A stretch of 63,377 nt of DNA, filler included, from 12 parts of 12 records of this genome joined end to end with filler, not necessarily neighbours in it; one strand, 5' to 3'; shown: positions 23,395 through 36,445, counted from the first letter of the whole stretch. Numbers and translations are program-made. Notes: a model not told the origin generated them from the sequence alone.

Positions 23395-25167
23395 ATGTGC
23401 TTCGGGAGCGAAGAGGCGGTTACCGCCAGCCCAGGCGACAAGTCGGCCGCGCACGAGCGAGCCGTGTTAACAAGCGACGCGTCGGCATGCAACGGCCGCG
23501 CGCTCAGAGCTGGGACGGTGCAGCAGCAGCAGGAAGCTCTCTTGCCGTCCACAGTGGAGCAGCCCGGGACGGGCGTACTTGGGAAGTCTGGAGCTCCCGA
23601 CCGGCACGGTCTGAGCATAGAGTCATCGGCGTTCGTGCCATCGCGGCGAGCCGAGCAGAGCCCCGCTCAGGATTCAGGCCTGCCGGAGGTTCTGCCATCG
23701 CAGCAAGTCGCAGCAAGCGCAACTGCGGAGCGGCCGGCCGGCTTGCTCGTGGGGAAGGCACGCCGACTAGAGGCCGAGCTGAAAGCGGCCACCGCCCTCC
23801 AAGCCGAGGTGACGCGTTCATGGCACCGGACACGGATCGAGCAACGAAGGCTTGAGGCAGAGTATGCCACTACGCGGGAGCAGGAGCAATGCTACAGAGA
23901 AAGCACAGGGGCGGGCGTAGACAAGCCGATCAGACGCGAAATCAAGCGTCTGAACACCGTGCTCAAAGCGGCAAACGCTGAACTAGCTGCAGTAGACGCG
24001 GCGATTGCCAAGGAGAAGGCGCTAGTAGAGAGGGGAGACCAGCAGCGGCACTGGCTTGTGATTGGCAGCAATTGGGATTTTGAAACCCGGACCTGGAAGA
24101 CTCAAGCTGGGCATGAATGCGCCGCAGGAGATGCATGGTCACAGTTGGTCGAGAAGCCTAGAATAGAGTTAGTGGAGTCCATAGCAATGGCCGAACAGCA
24201 GCAGGCGAGCTTGCAACAGGGCTTGCAGCATAATGTGCTCGTAAAGCTCAGAGGCCTGTGCTCCAAGTTTAAGGCTGAGATCAAGGCTGTGGTTGCGGAG
24301 AAGGCCAAGCGACGCCAGGCCGTAGAAGAGGCTTGGAAGCACACTCAGCAGCTTGAACGGAAGCTAGGTGCAGTCCAGCAACAGATGCACTACGCGCATT
24401 ATGGTCATCATGCTGCGGCGTGGGGCCCGCGGTCACAGTGGCAGAAAAGAGACTCGGGGTGTCGGCGTGCGGCTGGCACCAAGAAGAAGGCCAAGGCCAA
24501 GGCCAACAAGGTCAAGCAGACCGACAAGGTCAAGAATGCCGAAGAAGTCAAGCAGGCTGATGAGGTCAAGCAGGCTGAGGAGGTCAAGCAGACTGAGGAG
24601 GTCAAGCAGACTGAGGAGCTCGAGACGGCTAACTCCCAAGCGCAGGCCAAGGCAGAGCTTCAGGGCAAGTTCGAGCCGGTCCGACTGACGAGCTCCAGCC
24701 TGCGGCCAGTCGGGTCAATTGACACGCTTTCTGAGCTCTCGTCCAGCTCGGAGCCCGGCAGTGTGAGCTGCAATCACAGCAGGTCGGCCAGCGCTAGCTC
24801 GGATGAGAGCATCGAGCAAGCGAGCCGCTGTGGGATGGCGTGCATTCAACGGATGAGAGAAGGGCCGGGCACGCACGCTGGTCGAAACCGAGTACGTGTT
24901 CAGCTAGATTGTGGCGAGGAGCGGCCCACGACTGAGCAAGTGCAGGCAACCATGGAGGAGATCAGCGGAGTTGAGCCCAAGCTGGCGATCGGGGATGATG
25001 CCGTCAACCCAGGCGGCGTCACCTGGGCGAGCATGGCTAAATTTGGTGGGGACAAACGGTGCGACCTGTCCTGCGATTGCGAGGACGTGGCGGGCGAGCC
25101 TGCGGATAAGCCAGGGTTACCTGAGCCTGTGTTCGGAAAGAAGAAGAAGAAGAAGAAGAAGAAGGCC
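23395..25167 (+). CDS. intronless coiled-coil protein with VKQxEE repeats, 3'-truncated
   Basis: Frame of about 590 codons open to the gap. 18-nt repeats at ~24508-24620; ends in an (AAG)n run. Confidence 0.65.
24508..24620 (+). repeat. 18-nt coding tandem repeat GAGGTCAAGCAG(A/G)CTGAG-like, ~6 units
   Basis: Translates as KVKQTDKVKNAEEVKQADEVKQAEEVKQTEEVKQTEE. Confidence 0.85.
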
Positions 25168-25285
25168 NNNNNNNNNNNNNNNNNNNNNNNNNNNNNNNNN
25201 NNNNNNNNNNNTTAATTAATTAANNNNNNNNNNNNNNNNNNNNNNNNNNNNNNNNNNNNNNNNNNNNTGTCCAACGGTCGGAGCC

Positions 25286-26376
25286 ATGCCGAAGGACGAG
25301 TACATCTCGGTCGGGATCGAGGTGGGCGCCGGGTCAGGCCCGGCCGACCGGCTGGGGCAGGATTTCCTGCCTTGGCTGGAGCAGCGGCTTGTCGAGAAGT
25401 ACAGCCGTGCCACCCCCATGCTGAGTGACGCGCTGAGTTGCCTCGCCACCCTCCTGGTCGTCCTGAGCGCACTGCGCACATCGGCATGCCAGATCTCGCT
25501 TCAGGTGCGCCGCAGGCCGGCGCTGCCCACCCAGCGGGTTTGAGCAGGAGGTCGGGGCCGGCGAGAAGCGAGGGGGCGGCTCACCTGTCAAGGGGTGCGC
25601 AGACAGCATCATCGGCAAGATCGATGAGTTCAGCGAGGGGGTGCGCCGGCGGCAGGGGCCGGGGGAGCCGGGGCAGGTGAGCACCTTCTTGGACCAGCCA
25701 GCGGTTCAGTGGCTCGTAGTCCAAGGCCGGGACCTCCACCTTTTGCTTGGCATGTACGTGCACCTGCTCTGCCACCTGCGCGACAACGACAGTGACCCGT
25801 CGGCGGGCCGGGCTCAGCTCGGGCAGGTATCTGCGGCCAGATGAACCAGGAGCTCGCCAAAATGCGCGCAACGCTCAGCTGGTGCCGGCCGGGCTTGTCT
25901 TGACTGAGAGCGCGCAGCTTTGCTCACGCAATCAGCGGATGCCGCTCGGTGGTTCAGCACTTGAGCCAGCTAAAAGCAAGATTCGACGGACCGGTCCGCG
26001 CGCTGACCGACGACTTGCGCTCGTTCCAGACCCCGGAGAAGGCTCGGGAGGACTACACCAAGGGGCACAACCAGTTCCAAGCAGCCTTGGCCGCGTACCA
26101 CGCGTCGCCCGACGGTGCGCGAGGGGCGCTGGGCGAGCCCGAGCGGTAGGGGCAGCGGAAGCAAGTCAGCACAAGCGGGCGTTCGGGGGATTCGAGCGTT
26201 GTGCTCGGGACTACCAACGGCGTATCGGGTTTTACCACCGGACGATTGCAATGGGCCAGGAGCTGCAGCTAGAGATCGCCGAGACGTGCTTGAACGAGCT
26301 CCAGCTGAGGGTGGGGCTGGACATGCAGCTGCAGCCGGCTGGGGGCGGGCTGCGCACCTCGAATGAGAGCGTTTAG
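25286..26376 (+). CDS. hypothetical multi-exon protein (may be 5'-truncated)
   Basis: Successive plus-strand coding segments separated by ~40-nt GT...CAG introns; stop TAG at 26376. Confidence 0.5.
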
Positions 26377-26708
26377 ACGTGTTGATCCGCTGGGTTGCGA
26401 GTAGAAATCAGCTGGGGTTGAATGCAATGCTTAGAAATCAAAGGGCTCTTGGATTGAAGCCAATGACTACCTATTCGTTTTTATGTACAGCTAGTTGTGA
26501 TCTTAGTCATTTGAAATGAGAGATCTACCTTGGAAGTAAGCTTACTCTATAAGTCCGAAGGATTGAGATCCATATTAAGGAGATCTATCGATCACACTGA
26601 GTCAATTTGACCCATCCTAGCTCCAACTAAGTAACTTGAGAACACACATGGTACACCAGAGACGGGACATGCGCTTCGAGGGCTGAAGAGACAAATGTGC
26701 GCAACTCA

Positions 26709-28303
26709 TCAATGTTGTTTGACCATTTTGCATAATTCATCACGCACGTTGGTCTTCTCAGCCCCTCGGAATGCATCTATCGTCTCGAGCGTACCGATGT
26801 ACACCATCAGGATCGTTGAGACCCCGAGCACCCCGGCGATGATGAAGATGATGTAGCTGGACCGCCGCACGTGCTGGATCACAAAGTTGACTGCGAGCTG
26901 GCCTCCCAGTGTAGCGAAAAGCCCGATCGGTGTGAGCACAGCCGCAAAGTCCCAAAGAATCATTCCGAACATGGCGTACGAGAAGGCGGCGGAGCCCGCG
27001 GTGAACAGGATCAGAAACGCCGTTGTGGCCGCCGCCACCTGCAACTCGTGAGCGCTCGGGATGGCGCTGTTGGAGACACCTCCGGCAGCACGCCCATTTC
27101 TAGCATAACTGGACCCTGCACAATCCCGCCGCCGACGCCGAACATGCCTGCCCCGACCGCTGAGTGCCCGGGACAGGCCGGGGCCGACCTGCGAACAGCC
27201 CTGCGAGAAGGCAGACCAACGGGCAGAGCACAGCTGAGCCTCCAGTCCACATCACATCACCTTCTTGAAACGGATACCCAAGCTTCTCCTGCCACCCGCG
27301 CTCGCGCTGGCAGATCAGACGGGGGGTGCCTTGAGCTCCTGATTTTTGTAGAGAAATATGTTCATTACGATGGTCACGACCAGGCAGAATGGGATGGGGA
27401 GGAGTAGCACCAGCCAGAAAGTAAAGCTGAGGCACTTTACTCCAGCCTCCACCCGCAGGAAGGTCATCAGCACCAGAATAGCAAACACCGACACCAGCCC
27501 CAGCACCTGCTCGCCCTCAACGCCCCCCTTCTGCGGGCACGCACCTTGTCCCATGGGGTGCCTCTCTCCCGTAGGAGCAGCAGCTGGAGCGCATCGCTCT
27601 GGTGTGGACTCAGGTCGGTCTGCTTGCTCGCCTCGTGCGGGTCGTACCCCAGGCTCTTCTCGTTTTCCACATGCACCGCTGGCGGCTCCTTTTCTTCAGT
27701 TGTGAGAGGGTTGGTCTCCTCATTCTCATCGGCCTCGTTCGCCTTTTCATTTTGGACCGTCTCTAGGTCATACTTGCGGAACCCAATCGCAAAGGTGCGG
27801 TACGTGGCCAGACTGAGCACCAGACCGAGCAGGGTGGTGATCAGCCAGCTTGGCGTCACCTTGTGCACGATGGTCCCCACGATCGCCCCGGCCATGGTGG
27901 GCGGACCCATCGCGAGCGCAAACTCGTAGTCGACGAGCGGTCGGTCGCATCGGGGGTGCCGCTTGCGCAGGTTTATGATGTTGTTTGAGATCGAGCTCCC
28001 GAAGATGGAGACGTTGCTCAGCGGGATGGCATACTTGGGCTTGAGCCCAATCACCAGGATGATGATCGGCACCACGAACCCGCCGCCGCCGACTCCACCC
28101 CCGGCGGCCACGAACAGCCCGATCCCGATGAGAATGAACCCCAGGATGTCCTGGTATCGCACGGGTGAGGACAGCGATGGGCGCGAGTCGTCGTCATCGT
28201 CCGCCGCCAGGACCATCCAGGCGAATGAAATGAGCAAGATCGCGAACTCGCGCCTGCTGAGCTGGGGGATGAGGCTAACCCCGGCCGATTGTGTCCGTGC
28301 CAT
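26709..28303 (-). CDS. TauE/SafE (sulfite exporter) family membrane protein
   Basis: Motifs AAGGGVGGGGFVVP, AIPLS, RPLVDY, AGMFGVGGGIVQGPVMLEMGVLPEVAAATT and many TM helices; 4 short introns. Confidence 0.9.
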
Positions 28304-28489
28304 GGCCTCGCCCCGGTGCCACCGGCTCAGGCCCAACTCCGCACAGAGCAATCTCCGCTGGTGCTGCTTTGGTGAGGAAATGCGTCAACGGCAGCTCAGA
28401 GCTGCAGTGCTCGCGGCGTCCCGACTCCCGAGGCGGCGATAATCAAGCGCTAGCTGCTCTCGCCGGCCAAGCCAGTGCAATAGGTGGGG

Positions 28490-30107
28490 ATGAGCTCGTC
28501 GCCAGAGCAGCACAACGCCGAGGCCAACCGGCTGTACCAGGCCGGGGCGTACGCCGAGGCGCTCGAGCTGTACACGGCGGCCATCGCCGCTGCGCCGGAC
28601 GAGCCCAAGTACCTAGCTAACCGGGCGGCGGTGGCCATGCAGCTCCGGTGCCGCGGGCCCGCCCCCCCGGGCGCTCACCGGCGGGCAGCGAGTATGATCG
28701 GGCGGTGGCCGACTGCACCGCGGCCCTGCAGGCCCAGCCGCACCACGCCAAGGCGCTGCTCCGTCGGGCTTTGGCTCGGGCGGCACTCGGGCGGCCGGCC
28801 GAGGCCGAGGCCGACCTCCGGGCGCTGCTGTGCACAGACCCGGAGTGGGTGGCGGCCAGGGGCCCGCTCGGGCCCGGGATGGCCCAGCTGGCGCTGAGCA
28901 CGCTCGGGGAGGCGCGGGCGGCCCAGCGGGCGAGCGGGCCTGACCGGAGGTGGGAGGGCGACAAGCTGGGCGAGCTAGTCCAGCCAGCCCAGTCTCTCCG
29001 GCTAAACTTCCGGGGGCAGCTGCCGGCCCGGCTGCCGCTCGGGCGGTGGGTCGAGATCGGGGTGTACACTGCCAACGAGTTTGGGCTGTTCCAGCACGGG
29101 GGGGCGGTCGACCGGCTGCCAGTGCGCTGCAGCATGGTGGGAGACCAGCCTCTCTCGCTCAGTGTGGAGCCCGCGGACTGCACGCTCGACGCCAAGGGCC
29201 GGGCTCAGCTCCGGGTGCGGCTGGAGGCCCCGGAAGTCCCTGACAGCGGCTCGTTCTGTCTGCGGGTGGCTGCTGAAGGCTCGGAGCTGCTGTCCGTGCT
29301 GACGCTGCCAATCACGGTGGTCGCACCTGACCAGCAGCTCGAAATGTACGACGGGGCCGGGATGGATGGCGCCAGCGGCTGCCGCGAGCTGCGCGTGCCG
29401 CTGCTGGCCCGGCCGATTGTGCTGCATGAGGCACCTGGACAGCTCGGGATCGGAGGCAAAGTGTGGGATGCCGGTGTTGCTCTATGCGAATATATGGCTG
29501 GACGGCCGGGTCTCGTGCGGGGCAAACGGTGCGTCGAGCTCGGCAGTGGAACGGGGCTGGTGGCTGTGGCGGCTGGCCAGCTTGGTGCGGACACACGGCT
29601 TGCCGGGTTACGGTGTGGGCAGGCGCTGAGGTGACAGCAAGCGATCTGTCGCCTGTGGTGCCGCTGCTCCGGCGCAATCTGGATCTTGTGCGGAGCGTTC
29701 ATCCCGAGCTGAAGCTGGCCGCCGAGCTGTGCAGCTGGGGCGAGCCACTGGAGCCCTCCCTTGCAGCAGAGGTTCCGTTCGAGATGGTCCTGCTCAGGTG
29801 ATCCGAATGTAATCAGTGAGGCTGAGCAGTTGGGCCAGCGATGTCGTATATGAGCCAGTCGGGTACGTGCCGCTGGTCGATACGCTCCTGGCCGTCAGCG
29901 ACCAAAGCACTGAGATTGTTATGGCCTATCGGCACAGACATCCGGATGACCACCTGTTCTGGGCTGCACTGCGGGAGCGCTTTAGCGTGACTAAGGCGAG
30001 TGGCTTGCTCTCGGGTGGCTGATTGGATGATTATTCGCCAGGTGGACTGGAATTCGGAATTGATTCCCGACATGCAAGTCTTTAATATTCGGAAACTCGC
30101 CGGCTAA
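28490..30107 (+). CDS. TPR domain fused to a METTL21-like (Methyltransf_16) protein-lysine methyltransferase
   Basis: TPR: ANRLYQAGAYAEALELY, NRAA, KALLRRA. MTase: GGKVWDAG, VELGSGTGL, TASD, CSWG, LSDVVY. Four introns, the last GC-AG. Confidence 0.88.
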
Positions 30108-30360
30108 ACACAAAGAATTTTCTATGTACAAGTACGAGTACTTTCAAAAGAATGTTACTTGAATCAGTGTTTCAGATTTTATTTTAGTGTTTAATTTTTC
30201 TACAAGTACAGGTGCTTGTCAATGAAGTACATCGTCGCGAATCGATCACCAACTAATTACTTGACCGGTGGACAAAAAGCGCCAAACCATACCAAACAAC
30301 TGATTATAGATTAAAACTGGACTGAAGACAGGTCCGGTGGCTGGATTCGCAGCCTTGCTG

Positions 30361-32539
30361 CTACATGTTCATCTCATTGTCGATGAGCTGGCGGTATTCT
30401 GAACTAAAGTTCAAAAATGCACCAAACTGATCGAATGGAGTAGACGAGTCGTGCTGCACCAGCTCAAGCAAACAGCTAACCACAGTGAGGAACCTACCAC
30501 AGCGTGCTCAGCGGGCATCCCCGCGCGCATCGCACCGAACTTCAGCGACGCTGGACGAGAAGATGGCAATCTCAGTCGAAGATGCGCGATCGCGAGGGAC
30601 TGCGGCTGGAAGGTAGAGGTTAGATCGGCTTGGAACGTGTGTAGGACCGTTTGGCAGGCGCGGAGTGTCGAATGGAGAGACTGAGGGCGATGCTGCGGGA
30701 GACGAGCCCACACTGCCCGTCCACCCTTCGAACACCTTCACCCCCACCGCTCACACACTTGCGCGCTGACAGCATGCACCTCTAGCTGCGCCTCAGCTGT
30801 TGCGATGGCAGCGCACAGCACGTCGCGCCCATCAATGTCAGCCGGAGCCTGCTCCTCGTCCAGTCCTCTTTCCAGTAAGTTCCTGCCGAGATGTTCGCAT
30901 GCAAGGCCAAGAGCTCCAGACCTGAAGTGCAATGGCAGTGATGCCAATTCATCGGATAACAAAACGGCATCCACTTGCACTTCAGGAGCAGCCCCATTCC
31001 CAGCATCAACGGGCTCGTCAGCGCTTGGGGTCAAGGTTGGTAGAACTTTGGCAAAAGTTCTGGTGTGTTCTGTGACCAGCATCGCGCCATTCTGCCGCAC
31101 AGCGATTGCCCACGGCTCAGCAACCAGCCCTTCAGCGCTCCGGCCGAGCAAATTGCCCTGCATATCCAGAGAAACTACGCAGCTGTTGTCCCCGTCGCAC
31201 ACGAGGATAGATTCGCCTGGACATCCGCTAACTACTAACCCAGCCTAGGCCTCACCAGCTTCTGATTCCATGCACACCATTCCGGCCGGTCTGCGCAGCA
31301 ATGACTCTCCAATAACCTGCCGCCAGACAATTCACTGGCCAGCCTCGCCTTAGCGTACCCGTTCGAGCACCGCACGAACTCCAGAGCTGCTGCTTTCGCA
31401 TGCAGCAAGCCTGAAAATGGCGATAGCCGAAGCGGCTGTGTCGGCCACTAAGATGGCGCCATCTGAAGTGGTGGCCACAGCCTGGACTGCCGTCCTAAAG
31501 TATCCCTGTTGACCTTTGGCTTTCCCTCCAGCACAGCAAACGAACTGGCAACCAAAGAAGTCCCACACCGCTACCCTTCTGTTGTCGCTGTCGGCCACAA
31601 TCAAATTTCCAGATACGCTGGTGCAGAGCTGCATCGGGCGCCTTAGTTTGCCCTCCTGCGTCCCTTGTGAGCCGATTGTCTGCACCACCCTGCACAGCGC
31701 TCAGCGTTGGCTGGGGGGCGGCGCTCACTGTCTCGTCTCTTTGTCATAAACTACGACCCTGTGATTGCCAGTGTCCGAAACTATCACTTTATCTCGAAAG
31801 CACCCGACTCCGCATGGCGTGTCCAGGTTGCTCTTATTGGATCCATATTCGCCCAGGTGCCCCAGGAAGCTGCCATGCTGAGAGAAGACGCACACGACGT
31901 TCTTCACCCCAAGTGAGACATAAACATCGCCATTCGATCCATCCACTGCTACAGCTGACGGCACCTGTAGGCATGCTAAAGAGCCACGCAGTGTCTGTGC
32001 ACACCTCGCGCTGCGGATCAATCTCCTTCATCGATCCGAAAATGCGCACATAGTCACAGGACGGACTTAGATTGGTCCCCCCCGACTCCAGCGCATGCAG
32101 CGGAGATGTGGCCGCAGCAGTGGGGCGCGAATCCTGCACTTTCTCCTCGCTGACACTCCCCATTTGTGCTGCTCTCTCCATCCACTTCCCGTCTCCCTGG
32201 AACCTCACGAATCGGTGCTGGGCCCGCCATGGGGACTCCATCAGAGCCTCCGCCATCCCACGGTACATGACCTGCAGACACCAATCCCTCAAGGGCCTAC
32301 AATTTGGGCGCCTTGTAGTCGTCAGGACAATTCTCCAGGTAGTCGTTAGCACGGCCGAGCTCTGTCAAGCGCCGCTCGTGTCTCGTTTCTAGATCGGTGG
32401 CTGCCACCTGCCTCCCATTGGCATTGCCAGCTGGCAAGCACACCTCCAGCCCGGCTATGGTGTGGTCCACCTGCTTAAGAAGCTCAGCCTCTCTGCGCTC
32501 GAGCATCTGTCTCGCCTGGAGCAGTACAGTCAGGCGCAC
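30361..32539 (-). CDS. NHL-repeat beta-propeller protein (TRIM/NHL-like), 5'-truncated
   Basis: Coiled coil followed by NHL repeats (PSAVAVD, VIVSDTGNHRVVVY, LIVADSDNRRV, PWAIAV); stop TAG at 30361. Confidence 0.75.
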
Positions 32540-32650
32540 NNNNNNNNNNNNNNNNNNNNNNNNNNNNNNNNNNNNNNNNNNNNTTAATTAATTAANNNNN
32601 NNNNNNNNNNNNNNNNNNNNNNNNNNNNNNNNNNNNNNNTATTGGGCCGG

Positions 32651-33924
32651 TCAATTGGCGATTTGGTCTATTGCCATTAGTACAGCAGCCTCGACTTCGT
32701 CACTGCCGCCAGCCTCCTTGAGAGCAGCTGTTGGAACAGTCTGAAGCAGCTCCATGGCCTTCGCACCAATGCGCTGCGCTGCCCGTCGCTTTCCAATCAA
32801 GTCGGGGTCGGTCATTGTAAGCTCAAATCGGTGCGGCGATTCAATGTAATTCACAGTCTGCTCACGGCCCTCTAGCAGCACGGATTGACCTGCTTCGCCC
32901 ATTGCTTTGCACGCAGCGCTGGCGAATTTGACTACTTCCCCCTGGCTGGCCTCGGCCACGGTTGGAATGTTCTTGCCAATCAGCGGGCCTTTGAGTACTG
33001 TGTTGGCAACCTTGGACACGAAGATGTCCTGCCCGAGGCCGTTGACCCGAATATCGAACCCATGCTCGAATTGATCAAAATGCAGCATCCCCATCCAGCT
33101 CGCAATGTTCTCTGCGGTCAGCACTCCTGAATTCAGCTCCAAGCCCTGCTGCAGGCAGTGGGTTGCAGCGAGAAGCGTGAGCGCCCTGGCCGACCAGCGG
33201 TTAGGTGCCTCCAACGAGTCGCCCACCTGAAGACGTTGCCGTTGGACCAAGTGGTAGCATTCGGCAGCTTTTGCTTTAGCAGTGCCACAGTGGTGCCTTT
33301 GCCCGTCCCGGAAAGCCCGACCAGCACCAGCACACCACCAGCAAACCCGTCACCGAGGTGCGCAATAATCTCCTGCACCACCTCCTCGGCCGTCTTCCCT
33401 AGCACATCGACGGAGGTGTAAGGCGCGAACTCTTTCCGCTCAAGCACATTCTTCTCTATCGCAAAATCGATCCCCACCGCGAGCTTCTCGGCGTCCTGCG
33501 GGGCCATCAGCCTCAGCCGCTCGGCAGGGCGCCACCTCCTGGTCCCGGGCCAAGATCTGATCGCCTTCAGCTTTGGCGAACTTGGCGAACAGCTCGGCCC
33601 GTCCCGACTCCTCGAGCAGTCCGATCAGCTTGGTGGACGTGAGGCTGTCCTGGGCCTCGAGGATCTGCAGCCTGGCTCAGTGCGAAGGCCATGCGAGTGG
33701 GCACCTCACGGGTTAGCTTGTCCGACGGCGGTTCGACCGGCAGTTCGACCATTGACGGGGGCTGAGTCTCGTCCACGCTGGGCGCTGGCGGCTGCTCCGG
33801 CTTGGGCAGCATATCCTTGGGCGCGGCAGGCTGTGCGAGCCCAGCCGCCTTCATGCACCCGTTCATGCTGTTCCCTGCCCAAAGCCACACGAATCAGAGC
33901 CCGACGATACGCGCGCGCACCCAT
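32651..33924 (-). CDS. cytidylate-kinase-like P-loop nucleotide kinase with N-terminal acylation signal
   Basis: Motifs GLSGTGKGTT, SNGNVFRALT, LLEGR and RRAAQR. The first coding exon ATGG plus a 46-nt intron (33875-33920) gives MGNSMNGC. Confidence 0.75.
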
Positions 33925-34454
33925 TCTGCCGAAGCCACAAGTCTTGGACGTTCGGAGTGCTAGAGCCGCGCAGCAGTGCATCAAGCTATGCTATCAATCG
34001 CACCGTATCAATGACCTCCCCGGCTCCCTAGCTTGCGCCTACGTTAAAAGCCTGCAATGAACCTCTAAATGACCAAATCACCGTACGTACCAGTCCAAAT
34101 CACTTGATACGAATGTAACGAATCACTATAGAATCACCGCTCCACGCGCCTAGTACCCGTTTCAATAATTATTTTGGGTTTTATATCGAGCTATTTCATA
34201 CGTAACTAGTTTCTGTCGTGCGTTGTACAACCGCATCATTAGCTGTGACGCAGGGTTTTGCCACTGTGCAGCTCTGTTTCAAACCTACGTGCCCAGTATT
34301 GCTCATAAGAGCAATTCTAAAAGACTCAAAACGACTTGGGCCGGGGATCTCAGCTGCTCGTATTCAGCTGAGCTGACACCGCCCATCCATGGGCACAACA
34401 CGCAGCTCGCTGCAACAGGACGACGAAACCCGCGCAGCTGTCACACCCGACGGC

Positions 34455-35067
34455 TTATGCAGAGCCGCCAACTTGCATCAACATGGCATCAATCACATCG
34501 CCCTCATCCATGTCGAGCTGACCGTTCAGATCAACGCGCTGCGCGGTTAGCCGGGTTGACCTCGTCCGGTGTCTGGGTGGCCTGGATACGCTCGCCCTCA
34601 AACAGGAAGTGGATCGACTTGGAATCCTGCCGCCGATCAATCAGCACAGTCCGCAAGCCGGAGTGGCGGACCTGGCCACTCCGTTGGCAGTATGCATCCA
34701 TCAGCTTTTTCATTTGGGTGCGCTTCTTGATCTTGAAGAACACTGCCATCCGAGCCGGCTCAACCCCGGGGCTTGGCCCGGGCTAGATCTAGATCCCCGC
34801 TCCGGGGCGCGGCGGGAAGCGAAGGCCGGAAGGTGGCAAGCGTGCAACCCGGCCAGTCCACCGCACCCCGCCGGACTACAGACAGTGGGCGGATGGTTCA
34901 GCCGCGCACCTTCGGAGCCGTCCTGAAGGCAAGCCGAGTCAGCCCCGGGCAAAGCGGGCGAGGGAGGTCACCGGGCCCTTGACCTTAATGTTGATCTGGT
35001 CCGGGTTGCTGTCGCCCTGCTCGCTCTTGGCCAGATCGGGCTTTTGCTCGGTCTCTTCCTGGGACAT
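34455..35067 (-). CDS. SUMO: small ubiquitin-related modifier
   Basis: Spliced product MSQEETEQ..INIKVKGPDGSEVFFKIKKRTQMKKLMDAYCQR..FLFEGERIQATQTPDELDMDEGDVIDAMLMQVGG-SA; 4 introns. Confidence 0.95.
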
Positions 35068-35184
35068 TGCTCCGGGCTGGCTCGACTGCAGCTGATGCCC
35101 AGAAATTCCGTTGATTCAAGGGCATCTGGCACAGGTTGCGCCGCCTCACCAAGGTGGAGCTCGCCACGGCACGGGCACACTAGC

Positions 35185-36274
35185 ATGGGCAACTGCACTG
35201 GGTCCGGGGAGAAGGAGGGGAGCAAGGGCAGGGAGGGCGCGAGGCCGATCGGCCCGGCCGCGGATGACCAGATGGGCCCGGCACACGCCCAAGAGCCGGA
35301 GCAGCCGGCCAAGCAGCCGGCCGAGCAGCCGGCGGGCGATCGCGAGATGGTGTTTGATGTTGTGCGGAACGACACCCCGTCGTGCCAGCAGGACGCGGCT
35401 GCAGCGGAGGCAGCCCGGAAGAAGGCCGAGAAAGACGCCGCGGCAAAGGCGGCAGCGCAGAAGAAGGCCCAGGAAGAGGCCGCGGCGAAGGCGGCAGCGC
35501 AGAAGAAGGCTGCGGAAGCTGCGGCGGCCGCCAAGAAGAAAAAGGACGAGGAGGATGCGCTGAAGAAGAAGCTGGCAGCGGCCACCCCGCAGCAGCGCTA
35601 CCGGATGTCGCACCCAGGGCCGGTCTACGGGGTGTCGCTGGACCAGGCGGTCCAGAACTCGGACCCCAGAGGCGCCCGACCGGCGGCCGGCTGCTCAACT
35701 GGCGGGGCAGGTCTGGTGCCGTTCCCGGTGACGCACGTGTGTGAATGGATCTTGCGGCATGCGCTCGATTCTGAGGGGATATTCCGGCGATCGGGTGGAC
35801 GGGCATACGTGACCGAATGCATCCAAAAGTTCAACACCGATCCGTTCTTTGTGCTCAAGCCGACCGAGCTGCCCGACAACGCTGCCTCAATGATCGTGCG
35901 GTCCGTGACGCCCGGATCTAGCACTGGTGACTGATCAGGCTGGCAGATTTTTCACTGATGCAGAAGCCAACGGGTATTTCATTTATGGGCCATCGGAGGC
36001 AGAGGCGGTAGCTTGGGAGCAAAGGTTCCATGCTTTGTACAAGACTCAGCGCAAGCACCCAGACAAGGTCAAAGAAGGCTTGAAAGAGATGGTGCGCGGT
36101 CTAGGCCGTCGGGAGCAAGCCACGCTCAAGACCATCTGCTACATGTTGAGGCAAGTGGCAAAACATGAAGACAAAAACTTGATGAATTCAAAAAAACTCG
36201 GATTGTGTGTACGCCATCGCATCCAAAGTGCGTTAATGCTCATGATAGATCACTACGATGAAATGTTCCCATGA
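35185..36274 (+). CDS. RhoGAP domain protein with MGNC acylation signal and Ala/Lys-rich helix
   Basis: Motifs VYGVSL, VPFPV..C, EGIFRRSG (arginine finger) and LRQVAKHEDKNLMNSKKLGLC. Confidence 0.88.
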
Positions 36275-36445
36275 ATGTTCCAATAAATGATTAGAAATTC
36301 TCCATCATTAGAAAACACAACCATCCGCGCACTCTGCTCCGCCAAAGAAGCCTCCAACCACCCCAAACCGTCCAACCCGAGTTACCCGACCAACCAGGCC
36401 AGATTGCCACAACGGAATCAGCGCCAAGTCTTGCCACAGGGAGGC

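Noticed and set aside
24508..24620. 18-nt repeats as a CRISPR array
   Set aside because: No spacers; in-frame coding repeat in a eukaryotic gene.
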